Below are positions 56,734 through 64,000 of a stretch of DNA of 64,000 nt, in pieces. Made by a program: the position numbers and the translations under genes. Numbering within the stretch: position 1 is the stretch's first letter; each line of letters begins with the position of its first letter. The notes beneath the pieces were generated by a model, which saw nothing but the letters and a program-made list of their open reading frames with translations, searched no databases and had not been told where the DNA came from. The DNA is from an uncultured Nitrospiraceae bacterium (GTDB lineage Bacteria; Nitrospirota; Nitrospiria; Nitrospirales; Nitrospiraceae), in contig CAWIWD010000007.1 of assembly GCA_963839785.1 (NCBI GenBank), positions 1,643 through 65,642 on the forward strand, given 5' to 3'.

Positions 56734-58411
56734 ATGACGATCGACCCCCGACACAAGAGCCACAAATTACTCGACGGACCTGGCCGCGCCCCTGCTCGCG
56801 CCATGCTGAAAGCGGTCGGCTTCACGGATGCGGACCTTGAACGCCCCTTGATCGGCGTCGCCAATACGTGGATTGAAGTCATGCCATGCAACTATCACCT
56901 TCGCCGCTTGTCCGAACGGGTGAAGGCCGGGATCCGCGCGGCCGGCGGCACCCCGATTGAGTACAATACCATCGCCGTATCCGACGGCATTTCCATGGGC
57001 ACGGAAGGCATGAAAGCGTCGCTGATCAGCCGCGAGGTGATTGCAGACTCCATCGAGCTGGTCGCGCGCGGTCACCTGTTCGACGGCGTCGTGGCCCTGT
57101 CAGGCTGCGACAAAACTATTCCGGGCACCGTCATGGCGCTCTGCCGGCTGAACATTCCCTCGCTGATGCTCTACGGCGGATCGATCATGCCGGGACAATT
57201 TCAGGGACACGACGTCACGATTCAGGACGTGTTCGAAGCGGTGGGCAAACATGCCGCCGGCTCGATGACGAATGCAGAGAATTGAAGGATTTGGAAGATC
57301 ACGCCTGTCCCGGTCCCGGGGCCTGCGGCGGCCAGTTCACCGCCAATACCATGGCCATCGCGTTCGAATTCCTCGGGATCTCGCCGATGGGACGGAACGG
57401 CGTTCCGGCCATGGATCAGAAGAAAGGACGACGTGGCCTTCGAATGCGGCAAGATGGTGATGGACCTGCTCAAGAAAGACATTCGCCCCAAACAGATCAT
57501 CACGCGCCGTTCGATCGAAAATGCCATCGCCGCCGTGGCAACGACCGGCGGATCGACGAACGCCGTGCTGCACTTGCTGGCCATCGCGCGCGAAATGGGC
57601 GTGCGCCTGACCATCGACGATTTCGACAAGATCAATCGGAAGGTGCCGTTGCTCGCTGATCTCAAGCCAGGCGGACGATTTACCGCGGCGGATCTGTATG
57701 CGGCCGGCGGAACGACCTTGGTGGCGAAACGCTTGTTGGAGGCGAAGATTCTGCACCCTGACCAGATCACCGTCACCGGGCGCACCATCGGCGAGGAGAG
57801 CTAAGACCGCTCGAGAGAAAGCGGATCAACAAGTACTGCGCCCGTTATCGAAGCCGATCAAACCGACCGGAGGCATGGTCATTCTCAAGGGCAATCTGGC
57901 GCCGGAAGGATGCGTGGTCAAGGTGGCAGGCCATTCCATCATGCATTTCAGCGGGCCCGCCAAGGTGTTTGATCGGGAGGAAGATGCCTTCCTGGCCGTC
58001 CAGGCAGGAAAAATCAAATCCGGCGATGTGGTCGTCATTCGATACGAGGGACCGTCCGGCGGCCCGGGCATGCGAGAAATGCTGGGTGTGACTGCCGCCA
58101 TTGTCGGGGCGGGGCTCGGCGATTCTGTCGCGCTCCTCACCGATGGGAGATTCTCCGGAGCCACCCATGGTTTGATGGCAGGACATGTGGCGCCGGAAGC
58201 CGTCAAGGGCGGCCCGATCGGCGCCGTGAAAAACGGCGATACCATTACCTTTGACATCGCGAAGAGACGGCTTGACGTCGCACTCACTCAGAAGGAACTT
58301 ACGACGCGGCTCAAAAAGGTGACCTACCCCGCTCCCCGGTACGTGTCGGGAGTGATGGGAAAATATGCCCGCCATGTTTCTTCCGCTTCTGAAGGCGCGG
58401 TGACGACCTAG
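56734..58411 (+). CDS. ilvD: Dihydroxy-acid dehydratase (multiple frameshifts)
   Basis: [62 protein letters not shown]. Confidence 0.96.
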
Positions 58412-58413
58412 TC

Positions 58414-59325
58414 ATGGCACCACAGCTGCGATGTGGCCTTCTAGCAGCCTTGCTGGCCGTCTTGTCGTTCAGCGAAGAGGGTTCGTTGACAGCTGTCGAA
58501 CCACCGGCGGATGCAGCCTGCGCGGACTGGCAGAGCCGCCATGCAGAATGGCTCTGGTGCGATGATTTTGAGATCGATCGGCTCAGCTAGCTATTTTGAA
58601 TACGATCAACGGCATGGCCGGTTTGTCCGCGAATCCGGTGCGGGCGTCGGCCGGTCAACCGGCATGCGCGCGGAGTACCTCCCCGGTGATCCCCATGGAG
58701 GATTTCTGCACCTCGCGTTCGGCAAGACTCCGAGCGCCTACATGAAACCCGTCGATGCGGGAACCGCCCGGTACCGCGAGATCTACTGGCGTTTCGATCT
58801 CCGCCTCCAACCGGGTTGGACCGGCGGTGGGGCCGACAAGCTGACTAGAGCCACCGATCCTCGCCAGCGACCGATTTGCCCAGGCCGCCATTGGCCATGT
58901 ATGGAGCGGGGGTTTGCCCGGCTCAGATCCTGAGCGGCTGTATCTCGACCCTGCCTCCGGAACCGACGAACGTGGCAACCTGCGCACGACCACGTACAAC
59001 GACTTTCCGCGCTTGCGATGGATCGGAGCGGCCGGCGGCAAAACCCCATTATTCAAGCGCGGATCACGTCGGCAAGTGGTATTGCATTGAGGTCCACATG
59101 AAGCTGAATAGTCGCAAAGCAGATGACGGCCTGTTCGAATATTGGATCGACGACCAGCCGGAAGCGCGGCGAACGGGGCTGAATTGGATCGGTGATTACA
59201 ATGACTACGGCATCAACGCCGTCTATCTCGAGCAGTATTGGACTTCCGTACCCTTCGCCCAGGTCCAACAACGCTATCTGGATAACTTCGTGGTTTCCAC
59301 CGGCCGCATCGGGTGCGCAGGGTGA
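58414..59325 (+). CDS. Secreted beta-sandwich hypothetical protein (ConA/polysaccharide-lyase-like), frameshifted
   Basis: Signal peptide; WCDDFE, EIYWRF, GKWYCIEVHMKLN...DG..EYWID, YLDNFVVST. Confidence 0.6.
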
Positions 59326-59425
59326 ACCATTCCGTCATCGCGTTCGAGTGCGGCACCACGGAGTAAGTTAACCGGTTCTTGATCCTTGCCTCCGGCGATT
59401 GAGATACACTGCTGATCTTTTGCTT

Positions 59426-61565
59426 ATGTCATTGCGAAACTCAACTCACCACCAGCATGAGCGACCCGCGAGCCCTGACGTGGCCGATTCACGGCCCACC
59501 ACCAGTGATCTTTCTCGCCCTGAATGGTTCATCAATCGTGAGTTGAGCCTGTTGGAATTCAATCGCCGGGTACTGGATCTCGCGAAGGACAAGAAGGTCC
59601 CACTGCTGGAACGATTGAAATTCCTCTGCATCGTGAGTTCCAACCTGGACGAATTTTTCGAAGTCCGCGTGGCGGGACTGAAAGAGCAGGTCACCCATGG
59701 CGTGGAACAACCGGGCCCTGACGGACTGACGCCATCCGAACTCCTTTCGCGCATAGCCACGCTCACACATCAACTGGTGCAAGAACAGTATACGGTCTTG
59801 AATCAAGCGCTCATTCCACAACTGGCCGACCAGCGGATCCGATTTTTGAAGCGCGCCGAATGGATGCCCTCGCACATTCGATGGATGCGCCGGTTCTTTT
59901 CGCGCGAACTGCTTCCGCTCCTCAGCCCGGTCGGGCTGGATCCCGCGCATCCGTTTCCGAAGTTGCTCAACAAGAGCCTCAATTTTTTGGTCACGTTGGA
60001 GGGCACCGATGCCTTCGGCCGCCAGAATGGCACCGCGATCGTGCAGGTCCCGCGCTCACTCCCGCGGGTGATTCGCCTCCCCGCCCGAAGCAGCACCTGG
60101 CCGCATGATTTCGCCTTTTTGTCGTCCGTCATCCATGCCTTTGTCCACCAGCTTTTTCCCGGCATGCACGTCACCGGCTGTTACCAGTTTCGTGTCACGA
60201 GGAACAGCAATCTCTTCGTGGACGAAGAAGACGTCGACGATCTTCGACGGGCGCTCGAAGGTCAACTCCCGGATCGGCGATTCGGCGATGCGGTCCGACT
60301 TGAGGTGGCCGACAACTGCCCTCCGGACATGGTGTATTTTCTCCGCGAACAATTTCACCTCGATTCGCACGACGTCTATCAATGTCATGGGCCGGTCAAT
60401 CTACATCGACTGATGACCGTGCCCGACCTTGTCGAACGCCCCGACCTCAAATTTCAGTCCTTTACGCCCAGTGTTCCTTCTACACCCACACCGAGCGAAG
60501 ACTGGTTTGATGCCATCCGGCAGGGCGACATCCTGCTGCATCATCCCTATCAGTCCTTCGCTCCGGTGACGGAATTCCTTCGCCAGGCCGCCGCGGATCC
60601 GCAGGTCCTCACCATCAAGCAGACGTTGTATCGAACAGGCGCGGATTCAGCCATCGTGCAATCTTTGGTGGATGCGGCGCGAGGCGGGAAGGAAGTCACC
60701 GTCGTGATCGAGCTCCGTGCTCGTTTCGACGAAGAGGCGAACATCGAACTGGCTCACGATTTGGAGGAGTCGGGCGCCCATGTGGTGTATGGCGTGGTGG
60801 GACATAAGACGCATGCCAAAATGAGTCTGGTACTACGACGAGAAGGCCGGCTCCTTCGGCACTATACCCATCTTGGCACCGGCAATTATCACGTTCGCAA
60901 TGCCCGACTCTATACCGATTTTGGCCTGCTCACCTGTGATGCGGCCATCGGGCGCGACGTCCGTCGGATCTTTCAACAGTTGACCTCACTGGGACGGCCG
61001 GGAAAGCTGAAACATCTGCTCCAATCGCCATTCACCCTGCATCCCGACACTGCTCAAATGGATTGGCCGCGAAACTGACCGTGCCAAGCAAGGCCGCCCG
61101 GCCCACATTATCGCCAAGATGAATGCGCTTCTCGAACCTCAAATTATTCGAGCGCTTTACAAGGCCTCGCAGGCCGGCGTGAAAATTGATTTGATCGTCC
61201 GCGGGCCTTGCGCCTTACGGCCGGGCATCGCGGGTCTCTCTGAGCATATTCGTGTGCGCTCGATCATTGGACAGTTCCTGGAACACAGCCGGATCTTCTA
61301 TTTTCTCAACGACGGCGACGACCGGGTCTTCCTCTCGAGTGCCGATTGGATGGATCGAAATTTTTTCCGTCGTATCGAGGTGGCTTTTCCGGTGCTGGAC
61401 AAATCCTTGCGGCAGCGGGTCATCGATGAAGGCCTTGGCCCCTACCTGGACGACAACACCCACGCCTGGATGTTACATCGTGACGGGACTTACCGGCGTC
61501 AGACCCCCGGCCGCCGAGCCCCACGTTCGGCCCAACAATGGTTGATGAACAAGCTCGTTCCGTAG
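59426..61565 (+). CDS. ppk1: Polyphosphate kinase 1 (frameshift near 61045)
   Basis: NRELSLLEFN, SNLDEFFEVRV, DPAHPFP, LHHPY, ARFDEEANI, KTHAK, GTGNY, SADWMDRN. Confidence 0.97.
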
Positions 61566-61951
61566 CTGATCGATCCGAAGTAGGACCGCTCTCCATCCTT
61601 TCACATCAGTGTTGGCCGCTCCTTCATCTACCTCTGATGGCACACTTGCTTCCTATTCTGTTCGTTGAAAACGATTGTTGCCGCCTCGATGAATAGGCTC
61701 GCCCTGACTGTCGCGCAGTCGTTCCGTCCCGCCCCTAGAGTTGTGACGTCCATCTGTCCACGCTTGATCCACATTCAACCTCTCCGGTTGCTGAAAATAG
61801 CCTCCGGAGTCATATATCGAACTGGAGAATGCGGATAACTCAAGGGTCGGAGATGGTTTCGGACACACCTGAAGTAACGACGTGACGAGTGAGAGGCCAT
61901 GCGGCCAGCATTCAAGCGGCATTCCGAGTCCGTTCGAGCGCGCGGTTTTAT

Positions 61952-62352
61952 TTAAAGCGCATCTGCAGACAGGTGTTCGAGCCGTTTCTCGATACAACCC
62001 ATGCACAGCACTGCCTGAGGCTGAATCCTCAACCGCGAGTATGAGATCTCATTCCTGACATTCGCGGCATATGCCATAGGACAGGCGTCCCGCATGTGAT
62101 CCAACGCGCGCTTGATATGTTGGAGCTGGGCGGAGGCTTGCTGTGCAATCAGCTCGCCTGGATCGGATTGCTGAAAGAGACAACCAGGTTCTACGACGTC
62201 CTCAGGCCGCTTGTGCATAAGCTGCGAAGCCCCGCTCGAAGCTCGGAACAACAGCTCAATCCGGGCCATGAGTAATTCACGGTGAATAGAAGAGAGCTCG
62301 GGACGGCGCGGACGGGAGCAAAAATCTGATCTGCTTCTTGTACGAGGCTCAT
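61952..62352 (-). CDS. TraR/DksA C4-zinc-finger family regulator (hidden by frameshifts)
   Basis: AGGAGG RBS before ATG 62352; LQHIKRALDHM, then an alternate frame SYGICRECQ, then EISYSRLRIQPQAVLCMGC. Confidence 0.75.
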
Positions 62353-62465
62353 GGGTACCCCTCCTATTTGAGAGTAACTCTGTTGAGTATCAGAGTACCG
62401 GTCCCAGGTAACGGGACACTTAGGTGGAAGTAAACTTGTAGGTTAACAGAGACGGACGAGTATCA

Positions 62466-63218
62466 TCACTTCGCCGCAGTACGGCGCCGTTCGATCACGG
62501 GCGCCCAACTCGGCTCCAACTCATGCTTAGCAGTGGCGAGGAACCGTTCTTCGGCACTGGCATCCCGGCTCGATTTGATCAAGCTGACGGCATGAACAGG
62601 GAAATAGGCCGGCGTGCCCATGACCTGGAGATCGGCAATCACTTGAGCCAGTGGCCTGCCCCAGAACACTTCGAAGTAATGCGTTTGTACATCGTCCGTC
62701 GATTTTTGTTGGAGGACCATCGTTGAGGGTCCCATATCGTACGCCCCCATAAAACTAATGCTGCCCGCCGTCACAGTCGTTTCGGTCTGTTTCACCATCT
62801 CCTTCGGGAAAAGAAACAGCGTCACCTCACGCACTTTGCCGAATCCTCTTTCCGAGGTGGAAAACGCAACGGCGGCATAACGTCCCGGCGGTATATTCTG
62901 CACATAGACCGTGCCCCCTCCCCCACCACCGGGAAGCGGAGCCATGATGCTCGTTGGAATGAGGGTGGCGCCGCTCAAGACATCTCGATCGTTCTCTACC
63001 TTGACCAGATATAATCGATCCTCTGTATTGGGCGCCCATGTGGCGCTCGTGATCGTGATCCCGATGACCGCGCTCTGTTGATCGGCCGGCTTCGTAATGT
63101 TGACGGGCGAGACAAACTCCCCGGCTAGACGCTGGAACTGCTTCTTAGGAGGCTTGCTCGCGCAAGCCCCAGTGGCCACAACGATTACGGCCAGCATCGC
63201 AATTACCATTCGATTCAT
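62466..63218 (-). CDS. Hypothetical lipoprotein
   Basis: MNRMVIAMLAVIVVATGAC lipobox; intact ORF; NIPPGRY beta-sandwich-like segment. Confidence 0.7.
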   Translation of the reverse strand: MNRMVIAMLAVIVVATGACASKPPKKQFQRLAGEFVSPVNITKPADQQSAVIGITITSATWAPNTEDRLYLVKVENDRDVLSGATLIPTSIMAPLPGGGGGGTVYVQNIPPGRYAAVAFSTSERGFGKVREVTLFLFPKEMVKQTETTVTAGSISFMGAYDMGPSTMVLQQKSTDDVQTHYFEVFWGRPLAQVIADLQVMGTPAYFPVHAVSLIKSSRDASAEERFLATAKHELEPSWAPVIERRRTAAK

Positions 63219-63293
63219 GGGGGTCCCTCTGTGGTGGATCAAATAGTCGGTAAGGCGGCACACTGTGGGGATGGCGCTCAGTGACTCGAAACG

Positions 63294-64000
63294 TCATACG
63301 CAAGACCGGGCTGCGTCCGCATTCGTTATATCGAAAGATGTATTTTTGAACCAGCAGGGTGGAAATGAGACACAACCGAAGCTCAACGGAGCCGCCGGCA
63401 TGTCAGCCGCGGTTTTACCCTGGCTTTGAGTCTCCAATGACAATCGCTTCAACACGGCCTTGGCGCGTTCTTCGAGGCGTTCGGCCTCGCCGGAACGTTG
63501 CTTCCGACGTAGGAGAGAAGCGTAGTTTTTTAACGTCTTGGCATAGGCTTCACGATCATATCCGACCGCCTGTTCATAGATACCCAGCGCCTGCTTATAG
63601 AGGTCTTCGGACTGCTCCAACCGATTCTGCGACTCATACAGACCTGCCAGATTCTTCAATTCGCCGGCGACCTGCGGATTCTCTGGACCTTGCAGCTTTT
63701 CTCGAATGGCGATCGCCTGCTGGAAGAGCGGTTCCGCCTGTGAATAGAGGCCTTGCAATTCATAGAGTTGCCCTAAGCGGCTCATTGCGTCAGCCGTATC
63801 AAGATGCTCATTTCCAAGGGATTTCTTGAAAATCTTCACCGCGCGTTGATAGAGCACTTCAGCTTGCGGGTATTGATTCTGGGCCCTATAAGTATCCCCG
63901 AGATTTTCGAGGTTTCTGGCGACGATCGGATGGTGGGGGCCAAAGGCCTTTTCGTGAATCGTCAACGCGCGCTGGTACAGCGGCATAGCGCGGGCATGTT
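63294..64000 (-). CDS. Tetratricopeptide repeat protein (kinesin-light-chain-type 42-aa repeats), 5' truncated
   Basis: Repeated AEPLYQRALxIxEKxLGPxHPxVAxxLxNL-like units. Confidence 0.88.
   Translation of the reverse strand, partial: HARAMPLYQRALTIHEKAFGPHHPIVARNLENLGDTYRAQNQYPQAEVLYQRAVKIFKKSLGNEHLDTADAMSRLGQLYELQGLYSQAEPLFQQAIAIREKLQGPENPQVAGELKNLAGLYESQNRLEQSEDLYKQALGIYEQAVGYDREAYAKTLKNYASLLRRKQRSGEAERLEERAKAVLKRLSLETQSQGKTAADMPAAPLSFGCVSFPPCWFKNTSFDITNADAARSCV

Noticed and set aside
58580-58595. In-frame TAG in the secreted protein as pyrrolysine or readthrough
   Set aside because: The coding sequence continues in a different frame, consistent with an indel, and no pyl genes are present.
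61566-61951. Small ORFs downstream of ppk1, including 61653..62006
   Set aside because: No recognisable motif or convincing coding pattern.
63294-64000. Tandem DNA repeat or eukaryotic gene transfer
   Set aside because: The periodicity is explained by common bacterial 42-aa TPR repeats.

Overview
A GC-rich, mostly housekeeping segment of a bacterial chromosome. Gene content and intergenic repeat style suggest Nitrospira (inference, not proven). Roughly half of the genes, including core ones such as tolB, tolQ, xerD, gltB, ilvD and ppk1, are broken by small indels. These are most likely uncorrected long-read errors, so I stitched genes across frames by eye. Contents in order: tol-pal operon; tRNA-Asp and tRNA-Val; xerD; LpoA-like protein; trpS; PilZ, DUF151 and MBL genes; lipoprotein plus FGE-fold pair; FKBP; DUF5069; an AT-richer islet with vapBC and a decayed HNH gene; gltBD; polyprenyl synthase; DUF1015; NtrC-type regulator; amgK-murU; aldo/keto reductase; GH57-galT; ttuB-ttuA; a ~9 kb DNA-repair cluster (exonuclease-ligase-Lhr-PdeM, then ada-alkA, ogt, VOC, tag); sugar ABC operon; J-domain, MarC, Spy-like and PepSY genes; ilvD; ppk1; a frameshift-hidden DksA/TraR-like gene; a lipoprotein; a TPR protein. 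Best leads: (1) the combined ligase-associated and alkylation repair cluster, whose ligase appears to end in a beta-clamp-like motif (QMSFDL); (2) four short TIR-bounded repeats sharing a GTAC hairpin core and sitting at gene 3' ends, one with a TTAA duplication; (3) the hidden DksA-like and HNH genes; (4) a signal-peptide-bearing DUF151 nuclease. I found no CRISPR array, rRNA, prophage or intact transposase, and no clear-cut novel system is proven from sequence alone.
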